A stretch of 27,660 bases of DNA from Candidatus Latescibacterota bacterium (GTDB lineage Bacteria > Latescibacterota > MVCY01), in assembly GCA_030608245.1 (NCBI GenBank), contig JAUWEO010000001.1, positions 1-27,660 of the forward strand, given 5' to 3'. The position numbers were made by a program, and so were the translations under genes. Positions 1 to 8,751 of this stretch are shown here, piece after piece. The notes beneath the pieces were generated by a model that had not been told where the DNA came from, ran no database searches, and worked only from the letters and a program-made list of their open reading frames with translations. The number at the start of each line of letters is the position of its first letter. The stretch's first letter is position 1.

Positions 1-408
1 GGGCACAATGCCCATTCCTACCTCATTAGACACCAGGACCACATGACACCCCTTGATTTGGCTCAACACCATCGTGAAATCGTCCAATAACTGCGTCATC
101 TTTTTCTCTTCATATTTCAGGATTAGATTGGACAACCACAGGGTGAGACAATCTATTAGGATCACCTCGTAGTTTTTGGCCTTTTGTTCCAGCAGTTGGG
201 CAATGTGGATGGGTTCTTCAACTGTCTCCCAGTCGGGCCCTCTGCGGGTCCGGTGTTCAGCGATTCTGTTTTTCATCTCTTGATCTCGTGCTTCCGCAGT
301 GGCCACAAAGAGTTTCTTGCCGCCCAACCGATTTGCCGAATTTAAGGCATAGGAGCTCTTGCCGCTTCGTACTCCCCCTAATATCAGGTAACGCTTGCCA
401 GGTTCCAT
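1..408 (-). CDS. cobU: Bifunctional adenosylcobinamide kinase / adenosylcobinamide-phosphate guanylyltransferase (partial, 3' end runs off the window)
   Basis: Not in the ORF track; translated by hand: MEPGKRYLILGGVRSGKSSYA...FVATAEARDQEMKNRIAEHRTRRGPDWETVEEP...ILIDCLTLWLSNL...VVLVSNEVGMGIVP. The P-loop GGxRSGKS and the VSNEVGxGIVP motif are typical of CobU. GGAG RBS lies 8 nt upstream of the ATG at 408. Confidence 0.93.
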   Translation of the reverse strand, partial: MEPGKRYLILGGVRSGKSSYALNSANRLGGKKLFVATAEARDQEMKNRIAEHRTRRGPDWETVEEPIHIAQLLEQKAKNYEVILIDCLTLWLSNLILKYEEKKMTQLLDDFTMVLSQIKGCHVVLVSNEVGMGIVP

Positions 409-467
409 TGGTATGACTCCTTCAAGACATCGACGGTATTGCCTGAGCCGCTTCTTAGGAGTTGATC

Positions 468-1292
468 TTAACCTTTATCAGTTCTGTTGAGTTGGTTACT
501 CTTGGCCTTCAATATGGCTTCCGGTACCAAACAGATAAGCGGTTTTGACACAACTGGATTTGTTTTCACGACCACAGGGGTTCTGTAAACCTCTTCGATC
601 ACAGGATAGGTGAGAATCTCCTCCGGGGTGCCGATTGAGTGGATTTTCCCTTCTTTCAACAAAATCAGAGTATCGCAGTATAGGCTTGCCAGATTCAAAT
701 CGTGAAGGACTATAACTATGGTAAGGCTGTTTTCGTGGTTTAGTTTTCTCACCAAGTCGAGAACCTTAACCTGATGGCCGATATCCAGATGGGCGGTAGG
801 TTCATCTAACAGAAGCAATTGAGGTTCTTGAGCAAGGGCACGAGCGATAGTTGCCAATTGTCTCTCGCCTCCGCTCAACTCAGAAAGGAACCGTTCCCTG
901 AGTTCGAGAACGCCGGCTAAGGCCATTGCCTGTTCAGCCACCTGCTGGTCACCTTCGGTCTCTAAAAATTGGAATTGCCTGCGGTGGGGAATTCTTCCCA
1001 AAAGCACGAATTCCTCTACCGTCATATTCATCCCTGCAGCGGAGGACTGAGGAACAAAGGCCACCTTTTGGGCAAGCTCTTTAAACCCCATTTGACTGAT
1101 CTCTTTTCCGTCAAAAACCATCCTGCCCTTTTGAGGTTTGAGCACCTTGGTTATGGCTTTAAGCAAAGTGGTTTTCCCTGATCCATTGGGGCCGATTACG
1201 CCCAGGAGCTCTCCATCGCCTATTTTAAAGTTGATGTTCTGGAGAACAAATTTTGAATCGTAACCGCAGGACAGGTTGTCTACTTGAAGCAC
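468..1292 (-). CDS. btuD: ABC transporter ATP-binding subunit, cobalamin/iron-siderophore family (BtuD/FecE-like)
   Basis: Walker A GPNGSGKTT, signature LSGGERQ, Walker B LLLLDEPT, H-loop VLHDLNLA. GTG start coupled to the permease stop; lies in a B12-riboswitch operon. Confidence 0.9.
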   Translation of the reverse strand: MLQVDNLSCGYDSKFVLQNINFKIGDGELLGVIGPNGSGKTTLLKAITKVLKPQKGRMVFDGKEISQMGFKELAQKVAFVPQSSAAGMNMTVEEFVLLGRIPHRRQFQFLETEGDQQVAEQAMALAGVLELRERFLSELSGGERQLATIARALAQEPQLLLLDEPTAHLDIGHQVKVLDLVRKLNHENSLTIVIVLHDLNLASLYCDTLILLKEGKIHSIGTPEEILTYPVIEEVYRTPVVVKTNPVVSKPLICLVPEAILKAKSNQLNRTDKG

Positions 1293-2311
1293 TATTTGTC
1301 TCCTAAAGGGATGAGCTGGCGTCTGGTCAAAGCGTATACGAAAAGAATTCCCCCAATAATGCCCGTAACCACACCTACCGGCAACTCCATCGGAGCGATA
1401 ATCGTCCTGGCCAGGGTATCACAGAGAATAAGAAAAGCCGCTCCGGACAGATAGGAGGCGACGAGCAGAATCCTGTGATCTGATCCTACAAGCATACGCA
1501 TAAAATGTGGGACTACCAGACCTACGAATCCAATTATGCCCGCCACCGCCACACTACAGCCAGTGAGTAAAGATGCCAGGATAAAAAGCAATCTCTTGGA
1601 CCTTTCTATATTTACACCAAGATGGAGCGCCTCCTCTTCTCCTAAGGAAAAGGCGTTGAGGTCTATGGAGAAAAGGTAGGAGATAATCAATCCAATGAGA
1701 GAAATCGCCAGGGCTATTTTTATAAGAAACCATTGGGATGTTTCCAGGGAGCCCATTGTCCAGAAGATAATGCCGTGGAGATCTTCAATGCGGGAAACAG
1801 CCATAATAAGCATGATTAAAGAGGAACAGATAAAGCTTATCATTACTCCGGTGAGCAAAAGCCCCTGGATTCTTAACAGCCCTTTTTTCAAGCTCATCAT
1901 GTAAACGGCAAAGATGACGGTGATCGCCCCCAGGAATCCACTTGCTGGAAGAGCGAGAATCCCCAAGGTGTTGGTTAATCGCAACAGAATACTGAGACAT
2001 ACGCCCAGTGCAGCTCCCCCGGAGATACCTAAAGTATAAGGTTCAACCAGGGGGTTACGAAACATTCCCTGCAGGATAACCCCGGCGATGCTCAAGGCAC
2101 CACCTACCGCGAGACCTAATAAGATGCGGGGCAAGCGAATGCCGAAAACGATACTATGTTCGATATTACTACCTTCTCGATGAAATAAAGAGATAATTTC
2201 TCTAAATGGGATGCGGACTGAGCCCACACACAGCGAAAACGCAGCTACTACGGAAAGAATGCCGGTCAGAATCAATATCCACAGCAGCCAGCGAAGAAGT
2301 CTCTTATTCAC
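1292..2311 (-). CDS. btuC: ABC transporter permease, FecCD/BtuC family
   Basis: IRLPRILL, QGMFRNPLVEPYTLGISGGA, EAxxLG loop (EEALHLGVN), GIIGFVGLVVPH and ELPVGVVT motifs; multiple hydrophobic segments. Confidence 0.92.
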   Translation of the reverse strand: MNKRLLRWLLWILILTGILSVVAAFSLCVGSVRIPFREIISLFHREGSNIEHSIVFGIRLPRILLGLAVGGALSIAGVILQGMFRNPLVEPYTLGISGGAALGVCLSILLRLTNTLGILALPASGFLGAITVIFAVYMMSLKKGLLRIQGLLLTGVMISFICSSLIMLIMAVSRIEDLHGIIFWTMGSLETSQWFLIKIALAISLIGLIISYLFSIDLNAFSLGEEEALHLGVNIERSKRLLFILASLLTGCSVAVAGIIGFVGLVVPHFMRMLVGSDHRILLVASYLSGAAFLILCDTLARTIIAPMELPVGVVTGIIGGILFVYALTRRQLIPLGDK

Positions 2312-2323
2312 CTATGTCTCCTG

Positions 2324-3238
2324 CTATTCCCTTGGCGGTGTGTTTGGCGCAATTTTACCTGTTATCTCAGGATGAAAAATATCAGCGAATTCTTCCAGGG
2401 TCTCGACAAAACTGAGGGGGGTGGGGCTACAAACCTTATCGGAATCAACGATATGGATATTGTTGTTCTTCACTGCATTCATGGTTTTAAATCTCTGCCA
2501 CATTTCCTTTTCTTGTTCACCGACCACTCCCATGGTGACAATAAGAATTATGTCTGGGTTTTGTCTGATGACCTTCTCTCGGCTGTAAAGTCCGCTTGTC
2601 GTTCCCCGGGCAATATTGATCCCCCCAGCCAGTTCGATCAGTTCATTTATGAAAGAATTCTCAATAACAGTAAACAACGGATTGGCCCCTACTTGCATGA
2701 AGACATTGGGCTTGGGCAGCCTCTCAATTACAGTTCTCACCCGCTCTATCTGCTCTGTTGCCCTTCTTACTATATCCCGGGCTTTTTCTTGTTCACTTAC
2801 GAGCTCACCTAACTGGAGGAAAATTTGACAGATTTGGGAAAAATTCTGGGTCTGGGAAAGTTCTGTCACCTTTATGCCTAAACTTCGCAGTTTCTCCACC
2901 TGTTTGGAATCGGTCAAAGAGGTAGCCAGAACTAAATCTGGTTTGAGGCTTACAATTTTTTCCACATCAACCTTAATCACTGTTCCTATCTTCTGCTTTT
3001 TCTTCGCCTCAGGAGGGCTCTGGCAGTATTTGGTGTTAGCCACAAGTCTATCCTCCACACCCAGGAGATAAAGCTCTTCGGTTATTGCAGGGCCTAAAGA
3101 GATTATCCTTTGTGGGGGATTGAGCAGTTCTGTCTCCCTTCGTAAGTCGTCCGTTGCTTTTATTGGGAAGCAGAAGCCTCCACTTGGAGAGCTAATCACC
3201 AATATTGGTATCAAAACTAACCCTATAGATTTTCGCAT
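2324..3238 (-). CDS. btuF: Periplasmic cobalamin-binding protein (BtuF / helical-backbone metal receptor family)
   Basis: N-terminal hydrophobic leader; PQRIISLGPAITEELYLLG, EKIVSLKPDLVLA and EKVIRQNPDIIL motifs; GGAGGT SD 8 nt upstream; operon context. Confidence 0.88.
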   Translation of the reverse strand: MRKSIGLVLIPILVISSPSGGFCFPIKATDDLRRETELLNPPQRIISLGPAITEELYLLGVEDRLVANTKYCQSPPEAKKKQKIGTVIKVDVEKIVSLKPDLVLATSLTDSKQVEKLRSLGIKVTELSQTQNFSQICQIFLQLGELVSEQEKARDIVRRATEQIERVRTVIERLPKPNVFMQVGANPLFTVIENSFINELIELAGGINIARGTTSGLYSREKVIRQNPDIILIVTMGVVGEQEKEMWQRFKTMNAVKNNNIHIVDSDKVCSPTPLSFVETLEEFADIFHPEITGKIAPNTPPRE

Positions 3239-4203
3239 CCTACTAGACCTCCAGGACGATATGACGACAGATCCTCTTTAGTTCTTCCGCAGATGCGACA
3301 GTGAAGTGCTCGCTTGTCCATACCCGCACCACAGAAAGGACACTCCAATTCTTCCCCTTGAGGAGAGGGTATTTCTCCCACTACCTTTTTATAAACCTCA
3401 TAGTAATAAAGATGCTCCCGGTTTAGAAACCTTATCGAATAGTTCTTTTGCTTCCTCTGGAATTCCTCGTCGGATATCTCAGACTCGATAGTCCCTCTTA
3501 GAGTACTGAAACCGGATCCCAACTCAATGGGTCTTTTCTCCTGCCAGAGAATCTGGTGTGGCAAATTCCCCTCGAATGACTTTCTCAATATCCACTTGCC
3601 CCAGGTTTTCCCCTCTTCTCTCACCACTTTCAGGGCTGGTTCTATTCCCAGAGCGAATTCTACGAACTCTTCATCCAGAAACGGCTGTTCTGTGCTAATC
3701 CCTAATGTTTTACCCAAGGAGACGGAGTTGAAACGCATCCTTTTAGCTAAGCGGGGAAGATAGGATTTAAGGTCAAGATCGAACATATAAGAATATCCGC
3801 AGAAGAGCTCATCTGCACCATCCCCTGTCATAACCGAGGATGCCCCTTTTTCTTTTGCCAGTTGGAGGGCAAAATAAGTAGCCAGATCGTTGGGAATGGC
3901 CGGATCAAAGGTCCTTAAGATCCTAATCACCTGGGGGATGGCCTCAAGGGCCTTCTGGATTTCCACCCTCACAGAAGGATGTTCCATTCCCAGATAAGTG
4001 GCAGTCAGGCGTGCATACTCCGAATCCTCGCCGTAGGAACCCAGGGAAACGGTGAACAGAGAGACCTGGGGAGAAAGCGAAGCGAGGATGCTGGAATCCA
4101 GGCCTCCGGAGAAAAGGATTCCTTCGGCTTCATGCTTTGCTACAGCCTCCTTCAGCTTCTTTTTTAAATCTATAAGGATTTTTGAATATCTCTGAGTAGT
4201 CAT
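3223..4203 (-). CDS. Asparagine-synthetase-like protein (synthetase/PP-loop domain only, no glutaminase domain) with C-terminal Zn-ribbon-like Cys motif
   Basis: PP-loop LFSGGLDSS, TGDGADELFCGY, GKWILRKSF..LP..ILW motifs of Asn synthetase C-terminal domains. Only 326 aa with no Ntn Cys-start domain. Tail CPFC-x10-CRIC. Confidence 0.85.
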   Translation of the reverse strand: MTTQRYSKILIDLKKKLKEAVAKHEAEGILFSGGLDSSILASLSPQVSLFTVSLGSYGEDSEYARLTATYLGMEHPSVRVEIQKALEAIPQVIRILRTFDPAIPNDLATYFALQLAKEKGASSVMTGDGADELFCGYSYMFDLDLKSYLPRLAKRMRFNSVSLGKTLGISTEQPFLDEEFVEFALGIEPALKVVREEGKTWGKWILRKSFEGNLPHQILWQEKRPIELGSGFSTLRGTIESEISDEEFQRKQKNYSIRFLNREHLYYYEVYKKVVGEIPSPQGEELECPFCGAGMDKRALHCRICGRTKEDLSSYRPGGLVGCENL

Positions 4204-4218
4204 AGGTGAAAATAGTGG

Positions 4219-4518
4219 TTACAGGCCCAGATAGATCAATCCTGACACACCGTTTCCGATGAGAACGGTCTCCGGATCAATCTGGTGGTGGGTTGAAAGC
4301 TTTTCCACCAGATCGGAGCATTGAGGGTCCGGATAATGAACGATAGACCGCAGATGCCTTTTTAATCCTTTCTCTACAGGGGATGGGGGCCCCAGCGGAT
4401 TGATGTTGGCACTAAAATCTAAGAACGTACTTTCAGGTAGTCCGAACTCCAGAGCCGCTACCCTGAGGCTTCCTCCGTGACTATTATTGTTCAATTCCCT
4501 CTCTGGCTCCGACTCCAT
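4219..4518 (-). pseudogene. cobD: Truncated threonine-phosphate decarboxylase (CobD); N-terminal ~90-99 aa only
   Basis: HGGSL...LDFSANINPLGPP...YPDP...VLIGNGVSGLIYL matches the CobD/HisC-like N-terminus. A TAA follows at 4219-4221 and the next gene starts 16 nt later, so the PLP-lysine region (~250 aa) is absent. Alternative TTG start at 4494. Confidence 0.8.
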
Positions 4519-4849
4519 TCTGGTAGTAATGCTTCACCTCCTGCATCTCTGTCACCAGATCTGCCCGCTCGACGATCTGCCTAGGAGCATACCGTCCAGT
4601 GATCACCAGCTCCACGGTCTCAGGTTTCAGGTTGATTAAGTCCACCAGCGCTTCAACCGTCAATAGTCCAAAGCGCAGGGCTACTGTGACTTCGTCCAGG
4701 ACAATGATATCGTATTGCCCTGAGCACATCGCCTCCAGGGTCTTTAGTTCCCCTGAGGGCTGTCCTTTCATGAACTGTCCGATATATGTCCTCAGGCCTC
4801 TGGGGAAACTGCAGCCTGTTGGCTTCCAGCTATAGATACGAAATCTCAT
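4484..4849 (-). pseudogene. cobO: Degenerate cob(I)alamin adenosyltransferase (CobO/BtuR family), lacking the P-loop and a central segment
   Basis: Retains GLRTYIGQFMKG, YDIIVLDE, ELVITGRYAP, ADLVTEMQEVKHYY and AREGIE. Only 121 aa (family about 170-200 aa). No GxGKGKT P-loop, and GQFMKGQPSGELKTL is joined directly to EAMCSGQYD. Confidence 0.75.
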
Positions 4850-6258
4850 TATTTCAGCAGCGTTGCCTTTACTGTCTTAGTGCTTCCGTCTACCTCCAGT
4901 TTGATGACATACATACCACTGGAGACCGGCTCTCCTGAAAGGTCTCGGCCGTCCCAGATGGCGAGGTGGGTTCCTGGGTCTTGCTGCTGGCATACCAGGG
5001 TTTTCACCCGCCGGCCCAGCAGGTCGTAGACCTCCAGCCGAAGGAACGACTCTTCCGTTCCGCTGATCTGATATGGGATGACCGTGGAGGCGTTGAACGG
5101 ATTGGGATAATTCTGTCCCAATGAGCTGCCTAGAGGCGTCAGTTCCGGGCTTGTCTGTTCGGCCACGTCAGTGGTTGCTTCGCCCACAAAGGCAATTGAG
5201 TTGGGAGGAAGTCCGGTGGAGATAGGACCTGCGATCAGGTGGTCGTCAAACGTGTCGTAGATGTAAATCCCGGGGTGTTCTGTCGAGCGGTCGGCAACAT
5301 ACAGTTTTCCGATCCCGCTGACTGCGACATTTGCCGCCGAGCTAACCTCTGCCAGTGGGTTCCCGAGGCTTCCATCCACAGGGTTAAACGGTTTCACCAG
5401 TGTATTGGGCCATGTCCCCATCACTAAGACATAGCCTTTGGATGCTGAGACCATCGCCACCCCGGAGAGGTTTCCTTCCAGGTCCGTTTCGCCGATCAGA
5501 ACCCCCTGGTTGGTATCCGTGGCAGTGTCGATCACCTCAATGCCTCCGTCTGTGGGGTCCCACCAACTGCCTGTGCAGGCTACATAGAGTTTCCCACCAA
5601 ACAGGGCCATATCGCAGGGATTTTTCCGCTCCAGCTCGATAGTTTTGACTACACTGTCGCTGGTTATATCTATTATTATGATGAGGCTTAGGTCACCTGG
5701 TCCCCATCCTTTTAATCTCTGGCAGGTTACATAGAGTTTCCCCCCAGCAATGGCCATCGATGACATCTGAGGGACTGCCTCGGCGCTGTCTGTGCCGGCG
5801 TAGGCGACAAAGCCTGACAAATCAACCTCTCCGATCTTATCACCTGTGGAAGGATCGATAACCCACAGGGCTGTGTCGTCATAGCGTGAGACATAGGCCT
5901 TGTGCTCGCTCACAAAGGCGATATCATGGGGATTAGAGTCGTTGCCCATAGACTTCTGGTAAATTATCCCGCTTTCGCCCAAGTTGTCGGGGTCCAGCTT
6001 GATGATGTCATCGGCGCCTTTGCGCTCGATCACATACATATAGCCTTCATAGGCAGTGACTGCGTTGTCGCTGTGGATAGGCAGCAGATCGATTGCGGCG
6101 GTAGTTTCTCCTTCGCTAATGCTTGCCAGGTTTCCGCTGGAATAATCGGTTGTAGTGATCACGGCCATCTGCTCTGCGATAACCTCCTGACCGATTACTG
6201 AGATGCCCAAGACCAATATCGCAGCGAAGAATATCTTCAATATCTTAGTTTTAAGCAT
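4849..6258 (-). CDS. Secreted beta-propeller protein (YncE/BtuG-like) with C-terminal FlgD-Ig / T9SS type A sorting-like domain; probable corrinoid-binding protein
   Basis: Start re-called at 6258 (AAGGAGGAG SD; MLKTKILKIFFAAILVLG signal peptide without a lipobox Cys). Repeated blades: NPHDIAFVSEHKAYVS, GGKLYVTC, NPCDMALFGGKLYVAC, GKLYVADR, PNSIAF. Tail LGQNYPNPFN...LEVYDLLGRRVKTLV...WDGRD..G..VSSGMY...TVKATLLK. Confidence 0.8.
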   Translation of the reverse strand: MLKTKILKIFFAAILVLGISVIGQEVIAEQMAVITTTDYSSGNLASISEGETTAAIDLLPIHSDNAVTAYEGYMYVIERKGADDIIKLDPDNLGESGIIYQKSMGNDSNPHDIAFVSEHKAYVSRYDDTALWVIDPSTGDKIGEVDLSGFVAYAGTDSAEAVPQMSSMAIAGGKLYVTCQRLKGWGPGDLSLIIIIDITSDSVVKTIELERKNPCDMALFGGKLYVACTGSWWDPTDGGIEVIDTATDTNQGVLIGETDLEGNLSGVAMVSASKGYVLVMGTWPNTLVKPFNPVDGSLGNPLAEVSSAANVAVSGIGKLYVADRSTEHPGIYIYDTFDDHLIAGPISTGLPPNSIAFVGEATTDVAEQTSPELTPLGSSLGQNYPNPFNASTVIPYQISGTEESFLRLEVYDLLGRRVKTLVCQQQDPGTHLAIWDGRDLSGEPVSSGMYVIKLEVDGSTKTVKATLLK

Positions 6259-6426
6259 AGTTTTCTCCTCCTTAATTGTAACCCTTTCATTTATAGCTGG
6301 AAACCGTCGGCGGCAGTTTTCCCCAGAGGCCCGGCCGGCCCAACCTGATTGGACTCCATGCTGTGTTCCCTCTCTTTTCACCTCCTTTCTCATTAAGTAG
6401 AAAGGTAATTCTGGGAAACCCTAGTC

Positions 6427-8712
6427 TTAGAATGCTCCGGAAACAGTAACATAGTACGACCTTCCTGGCAGCGGATATCCCCACAGGTCGGCTACCTGCG
6501 TGTCGGTAAGATTTTTGGCCTGTAAGGTGCCTTTCAGTTGCCTCCGCCAGGGACACACCACCGTGAAGCCGATGCTGTGAATGACCCGCCTCTCGATGGG
6601 CACCTTGTTGTACAGGTCGTGGAAGTTCTTATCAGTGTACGAATAATCGTAGAATATCTCCCCATGATCTCCAGAGAAAACTGTTCCCCGAACGCTGGTT
6701 TCCCTCTTGGCTTTATTGGGCAGCAGCTTATCGTAGTAAATCCCCCCGTAAAGATCAGAGCGATTCAAGGCCTGCTGGTAGGTGAAGTTTCCCTCGATTC
6801 TTAGATGCCCTAAAATGTTCGTTCCCCCTGTGATTTCCAGCCCTTGTATATGTGCCTTGCCGATGTTCTCGGGTCTGGAGGTCATCTGTGAGTGTTGGAT
6901 AAACTGAATCAGATTATCCATACGGTTGTCGAAATACGCTATCTCCAGAGCAGTTTCTTGTATCTTCCCAATGTGTCCAATGGTGACCCTGAACCCTATG
7001 TCCCGGCTGAGTCCCCGCTCTGGTTCCAGACCCGTATTTCCGATCGTTGCCCCTTTGTCACCAAAGAGTTCGTAGAAAGAGGGGACACGGTAGTATTTCC
7101 CGATATTGCCCTTTATTGTCAGCCAGGTGAGGGTCTTGTATTTAACCCCCAGTCGATGGCTGAGAAATCGATACTCTCGTTTTCTGGCCGGAGCTTTCAC
7201 CCAGTGCCCATGGGTGTAATCGCCGTAGAAGCGGCTTTGGTAGCTTTCTTTGCGCAGTGAAAAAATACAGCTCAGTTTTTCTCTGAGCAGAACGATCTCA
7301 TCTTCAGCTGCCAGTGAATAGCTCCACCGCTTGCTTTCAAACAGGTGCTCGTGGTGCAGTCGATCAGAGGGGAGAAATCGTTCTTGCTTCCATTTGAGCA
7401 ATAACGACCATACCTGATACTGTCCTACTATGGATTTTAGGGATATTTTTCCACCGTAGGTTTGGGTGACATTGTGGCTATCCTGTTTGCCGAGGCCTAC
7501 CTCGGCTTCTAAGTCGCGATAATCGTTGGCGTAGTAGGTGTTAAATCCTTTCAAAGCAAAGGTCCATCCATACTTTGGGAATCCCCGCCTCAAGAAAGAG
7601 ACTTCGGTCAGATTCTGGGTCACCTTAAGTCGGGCGAATCTGGACTGGAAACTCCCCCTGCCTGGGATCCCCTTGGAGGACCAGCAGAAGTTGTTATTTA
7701 CAGAGAATTCTGCCCGACCAGAGAATCTCCAGAGGATCTTGCCAACGAAGTTGGCTGATTGGAATCCGTTGTTCTGTCGCCGTCTCCACTGGTCGTCTGC
7801 CTTGTTGTAGCGTGTCCCGTTGTCGTCTAAAAAGGGGAAATCATTATCGCTCTTAGTATAGTCTATTGCTGTCAAGTAGTTGAAATCTCTATGTCTCCCC
7901 GAAAAGAATACACTGCTCTGTCTGGTTCCGAAGGTGCCACTGTTCAATCCGTAGCCTCCGATCCTGGCTTTCATTCTTTTGGTGACGATATGTACCACCC
8001 CGCCCAAGCCGCTTCCGCCGAACTTCGCCGGGATTGTTCCTTTGTAGACTTCAATCCGCTCCACATTGGAGAGGGGGATATTACCCAGGTTAACCCCTCC
8101 CCCTAAGGCGCTGTTCAAGGGCACGCCATCTAAGTACACTCTCACCTGTTGAGCTGAGGTCCCCCGGACAGAGACGGTGCTGTAGCTGCCTAGCCCCCCT
8201 AAGGTCTTGATCTGGACTCCGGCGGTTCCGGCAAGCACCTCAGGCAAGGAGACAGATTTGTCTTCAAACTCCTCTGCCCTGATCACGGCGACAAAGGCCT
8301 GGGAGTGTTCTGCCTCAGAGATCTTTTCTTTTTCGGAAATCACCACCACATCTTTCAGGCGGAAACTCACTGGCTCCATAGTTAGAGAGATCTCAACTGT
8401 CTCTGCGGTTTTTAGCTTGAGTTTTTTGCAGACCAGGCTGTAACCGATTATGTGTCCGTGAAGCTGGTAAGTACCAGGAGGCACTTTTCCGATGGCAAAT
8501 CTCCCTGAGGAGTCTGTGGTTGTCCCTATCTTCAGGGGTTCGATCCATACAGGTACTCCTGCCAGAGGTTGGCCTGTGGAGGTGTCGGTCACCTGGCCTG
8601 TGATTTGCCCCGGTTCGGAAGAGAAGCAGATGGTGGGGAATAGCGAGACCAACATAGCAAACCACAAAAGGTGTTTTCCTTGTTTGCCTAATCCCGAGAT
8701 CATCTCTCGCAT
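6427..8712 (-). CDS. btuB: TonB-dependent outer-membrane receptor, probable cobalamin transporter, with N-terminal carboxypeptidase-regulatory-like domain
   Basis: GQITGQVTDTSTGQPLAGV N-domain; plug motifs SVRGTSAQQVRVYLDGVPLN and IERIEVYKG; PSFYELFG; C-terminal NLTD...YPLPGRSYYVTVSGAF ending in an aromatic residue. First gene after the cobalamin riboswitch. Start may be the ATG at 8703. Confidence 0.9.
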   Translation of the reverse strand: MREMISGLGKQGKHLLWFAMLVSLFPTICFSSEPGQITGQVTDTSTGQPLAGVPVWIEPLKIGTTTDSSGRFAIGKVPPGTYQLHGHIIGYSLVCKKLKLKTAETVEISLTMEPVSFRLKDVVVISEKEKISEAEHSQAFVAVIRAEEFEDKSVSLPEVLAGTAGVQIKTLGGLGSYSTVSVRGTSAQQVRVYLDGVPLNSALGGGVNLGNIPLSNVERIEVYKGTIPAKFGGSGLGGVVHIVTKRMKARIGGYGLNSGTFGTRQSSVFFSGRHRDFNYLTAIDYTKSDNDFPFLDDNGTRYNKADDQWRRRQNNGFQSANFVGKILWRFSGRAEFSVNNNFCWSSKGIPGRGSFQSRFARLKVTQNLTEVSFLRRGFPKYGWTFALKGFNTYYANDYRDLEAEVGLGKQDSHNVTQTYGGKISLKSIVGQYQVWSLLLKWKQERFLPSDRLHHEHLFESKRWSYSLAAEDEIVLLREKLSCIFSLRKESYQSRFYGDYTHGHWVKAPARKREYRFLSHRLGVKYKTLTWLTIKGNIGKYYRVPSFYELFGDKGATIGNTGLEPERGLSRDIGFRVTIGHIGKIQETALEIAYFDNRMDNLIQFIQHSQMTSRPENIGKAHIQGLEITGGTNILGHLRIEGNFTYQQALNRSDLYGGIYYDKLLPNKAKRETSVRGTVFSGDHGEIFYDYSYTDKNFHDLYNKVPIERRVIHSIGFTVVCPWRRQLKGTLQAKNLTDTQVADLWGYPLPGRSYYVTVSGAF

Positions 8713-8751
8713 CCTTGTTTCTTTGCTAGGAAATCCCAGCCGTTTTTTTTC

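Noticed and set aside
6259-6393. 45-aa N-terminal extension of the propeller ORF given by the ORF track
   Set aside because: A strong AAGGAGGAG SD and a signal peptide begin at ATG 6258; the extension is hydrophilic and would mask the signal.
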